Shown: positions 18,407 through 28,951, counted from the first letter of the stretch. The stretch: 64,000 nt of DNA from Candidatus Cloacimonadales bacterium (GCA_963677495.2 CAXXOU010000004.1:480001-544000); one strand, 5' to 3'. Translations and numbers: made by a program. Notes: a model not told the origin generated them from the letters alone.

Positions 18407-18489
18407 ACCACGGGTTGACCACGGGTAAACCACGGGTTAACCACGGCTCCCGCCGTTTAGGCGTGGTTTACCCGTGGTTCATCCGAGGT
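18407..18489. repeat. 11-bp-period ACCACGG array with inverted copies
   Basis: accacgg at 18407, 18418, 18429, 18440; gcgtggt/ccgtggt/ccgaggt at 18461, 18472, 18483. Confidence 0.92.
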
Positions 18490-18650
18490 AAAATATGTCT
18501 TTGGTGGCAGACTGAGCATAAAGAATTAATGATTATCTTTGAACAATCTTTCCGGTAAAGATTTAGGAGAGATACAAATAATTATTGACTATGATATAAT
18601 ATTGTAGATAAGTTACATAAATAAATATTGAAGGAAGGAGATAAGGCACG

Positions 18651-19631
18651 ATGATTAATATGACAACCAAATATATGGGGTTAACACTTAAGAATCCAAT
18701 AGTAATTGCTTCAAGTGGATTAACCAATAACCTTGCATCTTTAAAAGAATTAGAAAAGAACAATGCAGGGGCAGTTGTCTTAAAATCCTTGTTTGAGGAA
18801 CAGATCCGTATGCAGGTTGAATCTGCACTTAAAGATAGCATTAATCAGTATCCGGGTGGAGAGGATTATCTCCGTTATTATGAAGAAAGAAATGTAGTTG
18901 ATAACTACTTAAGACTTATAAAAGATGCGAAGGCTAATCTTACTATTCCTGTGATTGCAAGTTTAAACTGCACAACAGGTGGCGAATGGACTAAGTTTGC
19001 TAAAGAGATTGAGAATGCAGGTGCTGATGCAATTGAAGTTAATATCTTCAGATTGCCTTTCGATCTTCAAGATAACAAAGCTGTTAATGAAGCAACTTAT
19101 GAAAGTATCATTAAAGATATTAAAGCAAATGTGAATATCCCTGTTGCTGCCAAGATAGGTAAGTTCTTTACTAACCCTGCAATTTTCATCCAGAAGCTTG
19201 CTTTCAGTGGTGCTGATGGTATCGTTTTATTCAATAGATTCTATGGTGTTGATATTGATTTAGATAATGAGAAAGTTACAACAGGTAATCATTACAGTAC
19301 TGCAAATGAGTTCTCTGATGCGATGAGATGGACAGCTTTCTTAGCTGATAGAATAGATGCTGATATCTGTGCAAGTACAGGCATTCACACTTGGGAAGAG
19401 GCTATGAAGATACTCCTTGCCGGTGCTCCAGCTTTTGAGATTGCTTCAACTCTCTACATCAATGGTATTGAGAGGATAAATGAGATTCTTGCAGGAATGA
19501 TTAAATGGATGGAAGCTCATAACTATACTAGTATTGAAAGCTTAGTTGGTAAACTGAAACATTCAGGAGATAAGAACAGTGAATTGTACGAAAGAGTACA
19601 GTTTATGTTATACCAATCAAAGCAAGACTAA
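18651..19631 (+). CDS. dihydroorotate dehydrogenase-like protein
   Basis: YMGLTLKNPIVIASS, GAVVLKSLFEEQI, GIVLFNRF, ASTGIH. Confidence 0.9.
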   Translation: MINMTTKYMGLTLKNPIVIASSGLTNNLASLKELEKNNAGAVVLKSLFEEQIRMQVESALKDSINQYPGGEDYLRYYEERNVVDNYLRLIKDAKANLTIPVIASLNCTTGGEWTKFAKEIENAGADAIEVNIFRLPFDLQDNKAVNEATYESIIKDIKANVNIPVAAKIGKFFTNPAIFIQKLAFSGADGIVLFNRFYGVDIDLDNEKVTTGNHYSTANEFSDAMRWTAFLADRIDADICASTGIHTWEEAMKILLAGAPAFEIASTLYINGIERINEILAGMIKWMEAHNYTSIESLVGKLKHSGDKNSELYERVQFMLYQSKQD

Positions 19632-19642
19632 ACATACATTTT

Positions 19643-19667
19643 AAAGGGCTCATGTAGCCCTTTTTTT
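19643..19667 (+). terminator. rho-independent terminator
   Basis: aaagggct-catgt-agcccttt followed by Ts. Confidence 0.75.
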
Positions 19668-19687
19668 GTTCCTATTTAGGAGGTTTC

Positions 19688-22132
19688 GTGAAAAGGCTAT
19701 TACTTTCTATAGTTGTTTTAAGTATTGGATTGCTCTCAGCAGTAAATATCTTAGTTAATATTCCGGGTGATAACAAAGCTGACTATGTTAATGCAGGTCG
19801 TGACATCGCTTGTTTCAAACCGGATGGCTCTATTGACATTGTTATCGATGAAACTGAGTTAACAGATTTCAAAGCGCAATATCCGCAGATGTCTGTAGTA
19901 ACAACAGATGAAGAACTAAGAAACAACTTTAGAAAAAAGACACGTGACCTTCCAGGGTACAGAGACTACGGAATGCTAACGCAGGAACTCTATAACCTTC
20001 AACTTGCACATGCCAATATTTGCATGCTTACTTCAATCGGTGAAAGCTGGGGGAAGATTCAGTTTGATCTGGGAAACTTTGATTACTATGACTACCAACA
20101 TGACCTTTATGCAATTAAAGTAAGTGATAACCCCGGTATTGAGGAAGATGAACCGGTAATTTACTTTGTAGGAGAGCATCATGCAAGAGAACCAATCTCC
20201 TTAGAAGTTGTTATGAATTTGCTCAATCATCTACTTGAAAACTACTATACTGATCCGCAGATTCAGGATTATGTTGATAATTATCAGATTTGGTTTATTC
20301 CACTCTTGAATCCTGATGGGCATAAGATCGTTACTGATGAAGGGGATATGTGGTGGCGTAAGAATATTAGAGACCATAATTATAATAATGAAGTTGATTT
20401 TCCTAGCTCATATGGCAACACATTTGATGGGGTAGACCTTAATAGAAACTATGGGTGGCACTGGGGAAACCATAATGCACCGGATGATATGAATGATGCT
20501 ACCTATCATGGAACCGGGCCTTTCTCTGAGCCTGAAACCCAAGCTTTTAGAGACTTCTTAGAAGAACATAAACCAGTAGCGGGACTCAGTTATCACTCCT
20601 ACGGTAATTATGTTCTTTTCCCATTTGGATATGGTTGGAATGCTGAGACAGCTGATCGCGAAGTAATGGTAAATCTTGCTGATGAAATGGCTCAAAGAAT
20701 TCACCGAGTTAACGGATTACCTTATCAATCATTTGTTGAGTGGCAACTCTATCCATGTATGGGTGGAACTGATGATTATGCATATGGTATGCACAGAACT
20801 ATTGCATTTACAATAGAGTTAGCAGATACCTTTATCCCTGATGCTTCACTTGTGCAGGGCATCTGTGATGAAAACCTCAATGGACAGTTGCACTTTCTTG
20901 ATAGATTCGAAAAATCAATCCTTAAAGGACATGTGACAGATAGCGTTTCAGGAGAACCAATTGGCGCAACTATCTTTATTGATGGTATTGATAATTTGGG
21001 ATCAGGGCAGACTGACTATATGTGCAACCCTCAGTGGGGTAGTTATTATCGAACTCTTCAACCCGGTGATTATACATTCGAAGTTTCAGCAAATGGGTAT
21101 ATTACACAGAGAGATATTCCTTTTACAATTACTGACAGCACAGAAACTGTTATTGATATTCAGCTCGAACTTCATGAAAACTCAACTCTGACAATAGAGG
21201 TGGTAGATGACAACAACGAGCCAATGCCTGAAACTGCAATTCAACTTGTTTCTTTAGTTACAGAGACCTACACTACTGCTGAAAACGGAACTGTTACAAT
21301 CCTTGATGTTCCTGTTGGAATGTACAATGTTAGGATAGATTGTCCGGGATATGGTTTGATTGATAAAATGCTTGAAGTAGGGGCTGGGGATACATTCTGG
21401 CACGTTAATTTATATCCTCATAGTTTGATATTTGACTTTGAGATAGACAGTAATGGATGGAACTGTTCAGGAGCTTGGGGCACAACAAATGATAACAGTT
21501 TAAATGGTGTCCAATCTCTTTCTAGTAAATATCCCGGATATTCTATGAGTACTGGTAGTTATGCAAAACTAATCCAACCATTAGATAACTCAGAAGGTGA
21601 TGTTAGTATTGAATTTTTCCTGACAAGTGATTATCAGCATGGAGATAATAACTCCTATTTTCAAATATCCGAAGATCAAACAACTTGGATTACGTTAGAA
21701 AGCTTTAGAGAGAATAGCGACTGGACAAAGTATTCATATGATTTAAGTCAGTATAATTGGGAAACTATGTATATTCGTTTCTTCCAGTATATGGAAACGG
21801 GAACATCGGGTGGTGTATATGTGGATGATTTTGCTATTTACCAGAATCAGGTAACAGTGCCAAATGATGAGAATAATCAACAGATACCTGTTGTGAAATC
21901 TTTAGTTGCATACCCAAATCCTTTCTCAAATGAACTAATCATTGAGACAAAGGGTTTATCGGATGAAAAAGTCCAAATATATAATATAAAGGGGCAACTT
22001 GTTAACGAGATCGAATCTTCAAAGGGTAAAGCCGTTTGGAATACTAAACTGGATAATGGACAAGCAGCAGGTAATGGAATCTACTTCATAAAGTGTGGGA
22101 ATATTAAACAGAAAACGTTACTTTTAAAGTAG
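19688..22132 (+). CDS. secreted M14 zinc carboxypeptidase with C-terminal sorting domain
   Basis: HHARE, NPDG, WRKN, GVDLNRNY, FSEPET, SYHSY; C-terminal AYPNPF..IYNIKGQLV..GIYF. Confidence 0.92.
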   Translation: MKRLLLSIVVLSIGLLSAVNILVNIPGDNKADYVNAGRDIACFKPDGSIDIVIDETELTDFKAQYPQMSVVTTDEELRNNFRKKTRDLPGYRDYGMLTQELYNLQLAHANICMLTSIGESWGKIQFDLGNFDYYDYQHDLYAIKVSDNPGIEEDEPVIYFVGEHHAREPISLEVVMNLLNHLLENYYTDPQIQDYVDNYQIWFIPLLNPDGHKIVTDEGDMWWRKNIRDHNYNNEVDFPSSYGNTFDGVDLNRNYGWHWGNHNAPDDMNDATYHGTGPFSEPETQAFRDFLEEHKPVAGLSYHSYGNYVLFPFGYGWNAETADREVMVNLADEMAQRIHRVNGLPYQSFVEWQLYPCMGGTDDYAYGMHRTIAFTIELADTFIPDASLVQGICDENLNGQLHFLDRFEKSILKGHVTDSVSGEPIGATIFIDGIDNLGSGQTDYMCNPQWGSYYRTLQPGDYTFEVSANGYITQRDIPFTITDSTETVIDIQLELHENSTLTIEVVDDNNEPMPETAIQLVSLVTETYTTAENGTVTILDVPVGMYNVRIDCPGYGLIDKMLEVGAGDTFWHVNLYPHSLIFDFEIDSNGWNCSGAWGTTNDNSLNGVQSLSSKYPGYSMSTGSYAKLIQPLDNSEGDVSIEFFLTSDYQHGDNNSYFQISEDQTTWITLESFRENSDWTKYSYDLSQYNWETMYIRFFQYMETGTSGGVYVDDFAIYQNQVTVPNDENNQQIPVVKSLVAYPNPFSNELIIETKGLSDEKVQIYNIKGQLVNEIESSKGKAVWNTKLDNGQAAGNGIYFIKCGNIKQKTLLLK

Positions 22133-22140
22133 GAGGAAGC

Positions 22141-22911
22141 ATGGAAACTAAGAAATATCAGTTGTTCTACTTCTCGGGTACAGGTAACACTTTACTCTTA
22201 GTTGAGAAAGCTGTTGAGATGCTAAAAAATAATAACGCAGAAGTCATTGTAGAACGTATTGAAGATAACCCGGTAGTTGATCCGAATACTTCAATAATAT
22301 TTGCATTCCCGATAGCATGTTTCTCAACATATCCGATAGTGTGGAAGTTTATCGAAAACTTACCTCAATCTAAGATAGCTACAAAAGTGAATGTAATGTA
22401 TGATATGGCAGGTAGATCATTTAACTTTGCCAGTTTACTACATAAGACATTTAGGAAGAAGGGGTATGCACCACAATCGCTAGGTATAATAATTATGCCC
22501 AGTAACATAACCAAAGAGGAATCAACTGAAGATAAGCATAAAACACTGTTTGATAAAGCTTTTGGAGATGTAGAAACTTTCGTAAACAATGTGAAGACAG
22601 GTCACAAGAATTGGAAGCAGAAGGGATTGGTTACCGGGCTTTATAACCGTATGGTTCAAAATATGAATTGGTTTAAGACTATGAAGTCATGGCAACCGAC
22701 ACTGGATGAAAGCAAATGTACTAAATGTGGTATTTGTGCAGAGCTATGTCCCACAAAAAGTATTGAGATGAATGAGTATCCTATTCACAAAGATACATGT
22801 CAGATTTGTCTTAGATGTATAGGTGTGTGCCCTATGAAAGCACTCAATCTTGGAAAGACTAAGAATATTCCTTATTGTGCAGTTCAACCTGAGAAATTTA
22901 GAAAACTATAA
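22141..22911 (+). CDS. EFR1-family flavodoxin-ferredoxin fusion
   Basis: YFSGTGNT; CTKCGICAELCP and CQICLRCIGVCP. Confidence 0.92.
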   Translation: METKKYQLFYFSGTGNTLLLVEKAVEMLKNNNAEVIVERIEDNPVVDPNTSIIFAFPIACFSTYPIVWKFIENLPQSKIATKVNVMYDMAGRSFNFASLLHKTFRKKGYAPQSLGIIIMPSNITKEESTEDKHKTLFDKAFGDVETFVNNVKTGHKNWKQKGLVTGLYNRMVQNMNWFKTMKSWQPTLDESKCTKCGICAELCPTKSIEMNEYPIHKDTCQICLRCIGVCPMKALNLGKTKNIPYCAVQPEKFRKL

Positions 22912-22937
22912 TTACCATGTTACCAAAATAAACATTT

Positions 22938-22959
22938 AGCCCCTGTGGACGCAGGGGCT
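22938..22959. terminator. hairpin between convergent genes (likely terminator)
   Basis: agcccctg-tggacg-caggggct. Confidence 0.6.
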
Positions 22960-23018
22960 TTAAGAGTTTTGCATAACTCATCAGTCTCGGCTGAGTGTTA
23001 ACACCCCGGAGAGACGTT

Positions 23019-23780
23019 TTACTCAATCTCAATCCCAACAGGGCAATGATCTGAGCCCATCACATCTTGCAGAATAAAGGCATTCTTTATTTCCGGAAGG
23101 AACTCTTCATTCACGAAGAAGTAATCAATTCTCCAGCCTGTATTTCTTTCACGAGCTTTGAATCTGTATGACCACCATGAATACTGCGCTTCTCTTTCAT
23201 CAAAATGCCTAAATGTATCAACAAAGCCATGCTCAACAAGCTTATCCAGCCATGCTCTTTCGATTGGTAGGAAACCTGATGTTTGCTCATTAGCTTTAGG
23301 TCTTGCAAGGTCAATAGGTTTATGAGCAGTATTATAGTCACCACATACAACAATGTTCTTCCCATTGTTCTTATACTCAAGCATAACTTCTAGAAGCCTG
23401 TCATAGAACTTTAGTTTATATGCAAGTCTATCCTCATTCATCTGTCCATTCGGGAAGTAGATATTGAAGAGAGTAAACTTCTCAAACTCAGTTGCAATAA
23501 TTCTGCCTTCAGTTTCAAACTCAGGTGCATCAACTTTTGTAGTATTACTTTTTACAGGTAGATCAGTAAACGTTACTACGCCTGAATATCCTTTCTTCTC
23601 TGCATAATCCCAGTATGAGTTTTCAAACGGTAACTGCTCAACTTCCTTTGGGATTTGACTCTCTTGCAGCTTTGTCTCTTGAAGACAGAGTATATCAGGT
23701 TTATGTGTATTTATTATATCTATGAAATCTTTCTTTACTATGGCTCTTAAACCATTCACATTCCAGGACCAGATAATCAT
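23019..23780 (-). CDS. xth: exodeoxyribonuclease III
   Basis: SWNVNGLRA, LQETK, GYSGV, GDYNTAH, GWRIDY, GSDHCP. Confidence 0.97.
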   Translation of the reverse strand: MIIWSWNVNGLRAIVKKDFIDIINTHKPDILCLQETKLQESQIPKEVEQLPFENSYWDYAEKKGYSGVVTFTDLPVKSNTTKVDAPEFETEGRIIATEFEKFTLFNIYFPNGQMNEDRLAYKLKFYDRLLEVMLEYKNNGKNIVVCGDYNTAHKPIDLARPKANEQTSGFLPIERAWLDKLVEHGFVDTFRHFDEREAQYSWWSYRFKARERNTGWRIDYFFVNEEFLPEIKNAFILQDVMGSDHCPVGIEIE

Positions 23781-23782
23781 GG

Positions 23783-24448
23783 TTACTCCTTACTATATTT
23801 TGTTTTCACTCCAACTCTGTGACAATAATCATAAATTGGGCAAGTAGAACATTTAGGGTTTATAGGACGGCAATGGTTTTGACCAAATGCTACTAAATAT
23901 GAGTTTATATTTAACCAGTACTTTTCAGGAAGTTTTGCTCGCAATGCCATCTCAGTATCAAATGGTGTCTTTGTCTCAACATAGCCAAATCTGTTACTGA
24001 TTCTATGCACATGAATATCTACACAAATAGCGGGTTTCTTGAAGGCAATCGCTCTGACAAGATTTGCTGTTTTACGTCCAACTCCAGGCAATTGTGTTAA
24101 GTCATCTATCTCATCAGGGATGTTACCCTTGAATTTCTCATCCAATACATCTGGTAGTTTTTGTAAGTATTTAGCTTTTTGTCGAAAAAACCCGACGGGA
24201 AACACAAGCTGTTCCAACTCCTCTGCAGAGAACTTGCGTAAGTCTTTATATGTATCAACTACTTTAAACAGTTTCTTTACTACTTCGGTAGTAGTTTCAT
24301 CTTTTGTTCTAGCGCTTAAAATTGTAGCGACAAGAATCTTAAAAGGGTCATGGGTCTGTGCTTCAACCAGGTCAACAACCGGGGTCTGATATGTTACGAA
24401 GTATTCACCTAACACTTCATAAATTGCATCAATATTAACGTCCTTCAT
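23783..24448 (-). CDS. nth: endonuclease III
   Basis: LPGVGRKTA HhH, VDIHVHR, C-X6-C-X2-C-X5-C cluster. Confidence 0.95.
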   Translation of the reverse strand: MKDVNIDAIYEVLGEYFVTYQTPVVDLVEAQTHDPFKILVATILSARTKDETTTEVVKKLFKVVDTYKDLRKFSAEELEQLVFPVGFFRQKAKYLQKLPDVLDEKFKGNIPDEIDDLTQLPGVGRKTANLVRAIAFKKPAICVDIHVHRISNRFGYVETKTPFDTEMALRAKLPEKYWLNINSYLVAFGQNHCRPINPKCSTCPIYDYCHRVGVKTKYSKE

Positions 24449-24512
24449 ACTGCTCCAATTTAGTTTGATTTAATATTAACATATTCGATATTGATGTCAT
24501 GTCGAGAAATAA

Positions 24513-24704
24513 TTAATCAAAAATAAAGATTTCCTCTATGGATAACTTAAACACTTTTGCGATATCATATGCAAGTTTAAGCGAAGGATTGTATTTTCCT
24601 TTCTCAAGAAACACTATGGTTTCTCGTCTCACTCCAACGGCTTTGGCTAGTTGGCTTTGAGTGATGTCATCCCTAGCTCTGAGCTCTTTAATCCTTGTTT
24701 TCAT
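24513..24704 (-). CDS. XRE/Cro-family helix-turn-helix regulator
   Basis: [31 protein letters not shown]. Confidence 0.92.
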   Translation of the reverse strand: MKTRIKELRARDDITQSQLAKAVGVRRETIVFLEKGKYNPSLKLAYDIAKVFKLSIEEIFIFD

Positions 24705-25101
24705 TGTATGTAAACCTTATAATGATATAAGAGATAATGAAAGTCAACACACTTAAAAAGAAACCGATACCCATTAGTGATTCAATTGATTCAATTTTAC
24801 TTCCAAATCTATCCAATTCTATCCAGATAAATAGATTTAGTCCACCTGCTAAAGCATATGCCCTATTCCTAATTTTTAGAGACAGCTCATCATTTTCAGG
24901 TTCACCAGCACGTTTTCTTTTTATCGTTGTGTAAATAATTATAAATAGCAAAACTACAACCGCAAGCACATACGCAAAATCTAACAGACATGAGCTGTTT
25001 AATAAATCAGTTTTTTCAAGCACTTTCAAGATGATTACTACAAATAACTGGTGAATCATTATTCCCATACCAAAATGTAAAAGTGGAACATGTTTCTTCA
25101 T
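24688..25101 (-). CDS. membrane protein (DUF2178-like partner of the XRE regulator)
   Basis: four hydrophobic segments, [21 protein letters not shown]. Confidence 0.7.
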   Translation of the reverse strand: MKKHVPLLHFGMGIMIHQLFVVIILKVLEKTDLLNSSCLLDFAYVLAVVVLLFIIIYTTIKRKRAGEPENDELSLKIRNRAYALAGGLNLFIWIELDRFGSKIESIESLMGIGFFLSVLTFIISYIIIRFTYNENKD

Positions 25102-25227
25102 TACACCTCCTCATGTTATAAATATATAACACAAAGTTAGAAATAAATAACTATGAGTCAACTTCTTTTTTTATATAAGCACGAGGTTTGTGTACTCTTT
25201 AGCAATTCAGTTACACGCTTTATCCCA

Positions 25228-25356
25228 CTCTTTCAACTCACGGGAGACGGAGGGGATTTCATCGCGAATACAACGGGAATTACTCGAGCAAAGCCCCGAG
25301 AGAGTCCCGAGTGATTCCCGGGAGATTCCCGTGTGAGTCCCGATAATTGAAAGAGG
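25228..25356. repeat. palindromic element: 5+5 CGGGA/TCCCG units at 11-bp period
   Basis: cggga-like at 25241, 25252, 25263, 25274, 25285; (t/c)cccg at 25294, 25305, 25316, 25327, 25338; closed by ctctttcaa/ttgaaagag. Confidence 0.9.
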
Positions 25357-25430
25357 GCATAGGGAGAGCTTGAAGAATGTGAGATTATATTCCGTTGACA
25401 TGAAATTGCAGGTAATAGTAATTAGCGAGT

Positions 25431-27614
25431 ATGAAGTATATAGAACTAACACCGAAAAATTTTATAGATGAGATGCAAAAGGTTTCTCCCAATGTAGATA
25501 GCGTGCGCTTAAAGAAAGTATGGGATTATGCATTAAATGCTCATGGAGAGCAAAAGAGAGCATCAGGAGAGCGTTACATAATTCATCCTATGAATGTAGC
25601 TTATATATTAGCTCAGATGGAGATGGATTGTACAACAATCACTGCCGGTATCCTGCACGATGTAGTAGAGGATACTGGGATTACAGAAAATGAGATTCGT
25701 GAAATATTTGGAGAACAAGTAGCCAAGCTAGTTGATGGTGTTACAAAGGTTGGAAAACTTTCATATTCGATGCAAGCAAGTCCTTTTGAGCAGCAAGCCG
25801 AGAACTATAGAAAGCTTCTGTTTGCTGTTGTCGAAGATGTAAGGGTTATATTTATTAAGCTTGCTGATCGAATCCACAATATGCGTACACTGAAGTATCT
25901 TTCACCTGAAAAGCAGAAGACAATTGCAAGTGAGACATTAGAGATTTATGTTCCTTTAGCCAATCGATTTGGTATAACCTCTTTGAAATGGGAGTTGGAG
26001 GATCTTTGTCTGAAGCATCTATATCCAGAGCAATACAAAGAGATTAATGCACATATCCATGAGAAAAGGACTACACGAGACAGCTATGTTAAGTACTTTG
26101 TAAAGCAAGTTGAAGAATACTTAAATGATATAGGGATTAACGCTAGTATTTCAGGGAGAAGCAAACATTTCTTTAGTATCTTTCGTAAGAAAATGAGAAG
26201 AAGACTTTCTTACGAAGAGATATATGATTACACGGCTATAAGAATTATAGTGGAAAGTATTGATGATTGTTATAAAAGTTTGGATATTATCAACTCCAAG
26301 TTTATCCCCCTCCCGGAGAGGTTTAAAGACTATATAGCTCAGCCTAAGCAGAATGGATATCGGTCGATACATCATGTGGTTATAAGTGAAGAGGGTTGGA
26401 ATGTAGAAATCCAGATACGAACCCATGAGATGCATGCAGAGGCTGAGGAGGGACGAGCAGCTCACTGGAGATACAAAGAGTTTTATGATGTTGGGCAAAA
26501 AGTCAATAAAAGGCTTGCTGTACAGACAGAAAATATTGCAAAGCAGGTACAATGGTTGAGAACATTCTTAAAGAACCATCCTGATGCAGATCCATCTGAA
26601 TTTGTACGATCTCTGAAATCAGACCTTAACATGGATAATGTAATTGTTAAGACTCCTAAAGGTGATTATTTAGAGTTGCCTGCAGGGTCAACAGCCTTGG
26701 ACTTTGCTTTCTCAGTGCATACTGATCTGGGATTCAAGTGTAAAGGTGCAAAGATAAATGGAAAGATTGCTACCCTTGATACTATCCTTAGTAACGGGGA
26801 CTTGGTTGAAGTTGTAAGTGGAAAGGTAGTTAAACCTAGTAAAGATTGGCTTCTTTTCTTAAAAACAACTAGAGCAAAACAAAGAGTAAGAAGCTGGTTT
26901 AGGCAAAAAGAACTCGAGGATGCATATGTACTAGGGCAGAAGCTATTTGATAGATTTTATAAAAAGACACCGAAAAAGAAGAAGCGAGATGCTCTTTTAA
27001 CACAAGCTGTTGAGTTATGCAAGTTTGAAGATGATAGAGAACTTCTAATTGCGTTAGGCCGTGGTACACTTGATCCAATAAAAGTATGGGAACTGCTTTA
27101 TCCACCTGAAGCTGAAGTGGAAGATTCAGGTGAGGAGATCAGTTTAAAACCATATGATACAATAAAAAATGCAATCTCATTAGATGGAATCGATAATCTC
27201 ATGGTTCATTTTGCAAAATGTTGCAATCCTGTTAGAGGAGATGATATTGTGGGATATGTCACAAGAGGACGAGGTTTAACGATTCATCTTAAGGATTGTA
27301 AAAATCCTGCATTCAAGAATCTTCTTGAAACAGAAAGTGAACGGATAGTAAATGTAGTTTGGGATAAGCGAGGTAAGGGTAAGGATCTCTTCCCGGTCAG
27401 AATAGTTGTGGAGGCTATGAATAAACCACACCTCTATGACAAAGTGATGATAGTTGTCGCGAAAGCGAAAGTGAAAGTTCATGATCATCGATTAGTTCCG
27501 GAAAAAGAGATGCTGAAAGTGTTTATGACAGTTTTGGTTACAGATAAAAAACAATTGGAAAGTTTGCAGAATAAGATTAAGAAGATAAAGGGGATTATTG
27601 CTGTTAAGGCGTAA
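25431..27614 (+). CDS. relA: bifunctional (p)ppGpp synthetase/hydrolase (long RSH)
   Basis: LHDVVEDT, KLADRIHNMRTL, RFKD, GYRSIH, EIQIRT, TGS domain, AKCCNP, ACT-like end. Confidence 0.95.
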   Translation: MKYIELTPKNFIDEMQKVSPNVDSVRLKKVWDYALNAHGEQKRASGERYIIHPMNVAYILAQMEMDCTTITAGILHDVVEDTGITENEIREIFGEQVAKLVDGVTKVGKLSYSMQASPFEQQAENYRKLLFAVVEDVRVIFIKLADRIHNMRTLKYLSPEKQKTIASETLEIYVPLANRFGITSLKWELEDLCLKHLYPEQYKEINAHIHEKRTTRDSYVKYFVKQVEEYLNDIGINASISGRSKHFFSIFRKKMRRRLSYEEIYDYTAIRIIVESIDDCYKSLDIINSKFIPLPERFKDYIAQPKQNGYRSIHHVVISEEGWNVEIQIRTHEMHAEAEEGRAAHWRYKEFYDVGQKVNKRLAVQTENIAKQVQWLRTFLKNHPDADPSEFVRSLKSDLNMDNVIVKTPKGDYLELPAGSTALDFAFSVHTDLGFKCKGAKINGKIATLDTILSNGDLVEVVSGKVVKPSKDWLLFLKTTRAKQRVRSWFRQKELEDAYVLGQKLFDRFYKKTPKKKKRDALLTQAVELCKFEDDRELLIALGRGTLDPIKVWELLYPPEAEVEDSGEEISLKPYDTIKNAISLDGIDNLMVHFAKCCNPVRGDDIVGYVTRGRGLTIHLKDCKNPAFKNLLETESERIVNVVWDKRGKGKDLFPVRIVVEAMNKPHLYDKVMIVVAKAKVKVHDHRLVPEKEMLKVFMTVLVTDKKQLESLQNKIKKIKGIIAVKA

Positions 27615-27640
27615 AAAAAGGGTCATACAGGATGACCCTT
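27613..27640. terminator. terminator hairpin between convergent rel and rfbB
   Basis: aagggtcat-acagg-atgaccctt with a left A-tract. Confidence 0.75.
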
Positions 27641-27645
27641 AAATG

Positions 27646-28704
27646 TTATCTATTGGAGTAGTTTGTTTCTATCCATTTCAGATAGTCACCACTTTTAATG
27701 TCATCCATCCACTCTTTGTTGGACAGATACCATTTAATCGTTTTTCTAATGCCTGCAGCGAAATCAACACTTAGTTTAAATCCAAGTTCATCTTTTAACT
27801 TGTCCATATTGATTGCATAACGCCAATCATGACCAGGTCTATCCTTCACATAAGTGATTAATTGTTTGTAATAGTCTTTCTCTTTACCAAGTTCTTCTGC
27901 CATTAGTTCACAAAGGGTATGAACAATGTCAATGTTACGTATTTCGTTCTCTCCACCAATGTTATATGTCTCACCCTGTTTACCTAATTGAATAATATTC
28001 CATATTGCTCTACAATGGTCTTCAACATAAAGCCAATCTCGAACATTGAGTCCTTTACCATAGATAGGAAGAGGTTTCATCTCTAACATATTGTTTATCA
28101 TTACAGGTATGAGTTTCTCAGGGAACTGATAAGGTCCATAATTGTTGGAACAATTTGAGATAGTGACAGGAAGGTTGTATGTGTGGAAATATGCACTTAC
28201 CAAATGATCACTTGCTGCTTTTGAAGCTGAATATGGAGAATGTGGGTCATAGGCCGTAGTTTCATAAAAGAAGCCTTCATCAGTCAGCGAACCATATACT
28301 TCATCAGTTGAAACATGGTGGAAAAGAACATCAGTTCTATCCTTCCATAGCTTTCTGGCACATTCTAAAAGATTGAATGTACCATTGATATTTGTATCTA
28401 TAAATTCTTTTGGTCCTGTAATTGATCTATCCACATGACTCTCAGCAGCAAAATGGACTATTGTGTCAGGATTGTATTTTTCAAACACTTTTTCAAGTGC
28501 ATCGTAGTCTGCAATATCTACTTTTTCAAAATGATAATTATTGGAGTAGTTCTTCTGAATATCATTTAAACTAAGAGGATTCCCTGCATAAGTAAGTTTA
28601 TCAACATTGATAATCTTTATCTCGTCTTTATGTTCTGAAAACAGAAAATGAATGAAATTAGAACCGATAAAACCAGCTCCTCCGGTTATAAGTATAGTCT
28701 TCAT
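27646..28704 (-). CDS. rfbB: dTDP-glucose 4,6-dehydratase
   Basis: TGGAGFIG, AAESHVDRS, STDEVYG, YSASK, NNYGPYQFPEKLIP, DRPGHD. Confidence 0.97.
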   Translation of the reverse strand: MKTILITGGAGFIGSNFIHFLFSEHKDEIKIINVDKLTYAGNPLSLNDIQKNYSNNYHFEKVDIADYDALEKVFEKYNPDTIVHFAAESHVDRSITGPKEFIDTNINGTFNLLECARKLWKDRTDVLFHHVSTDEVYGSLTDEGFFYETTAYDPHSPYSASKAASDHLVSAYFHTYNLPVTISNCSNNYGPYQFPEKLIPVMINNMLEMKPLPIYGKGLNVRDWLYVEDHCRAIWNIIQLGKQGETYNIGGENEIRNIDIVHTLCELMAEELGKEKDYYKQLITYVKDRPGHDWRYAINMDKLKDELGFKLSVDFAAGIRKTIKWYLSNKEWMDDIKSGDYLKWIETNYSNR

Positions 28705-28852
28705 AATACCTCATGTCAGTTTACTTAGTTAACAAGAACAAATATAAAAGATTAAGGGTCAAGTTAAAAAAAGAAGTAGAAACAATTTTCAAAAACAGTC
28801 CCAATATAATGCGGTATATCTTTTTGTTTGTTAACGGAGTTGTTCTTCTCAT

Positions 28853-28951
28853 TTATAATCTTCGGGACTAATAGGGGATCTTAATTGGAATTTGTAGGGA
28901 TTACTCGGGCAAAGTCCCGCGAGATTCGTGCGAAAGTCCCGAGTATTATAA
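28853..28951. repeat. palindromic element related to 25228-25356
   Basis: ttataatcttcgggact...agtcccgagtattataa; shared core ttactcg(a/g)gcaaag(c/t)cccg; near-11-bp spacing of ggga/tcccg. Confidence 0.8.

Noticed and set aside
18166..18444. 92-aa minus-strand ORF, likewise 25207-25452 and 43931-44197
   Set aside because: These are translations of the 11-bp arrays or antisense to real genes
18651..19631. pyrD assignment
   Set aside because: Motifs (KSLFEEQI, LFNRF) fit the DHOD-like subfamily of unclear function; no pyr genes nearby
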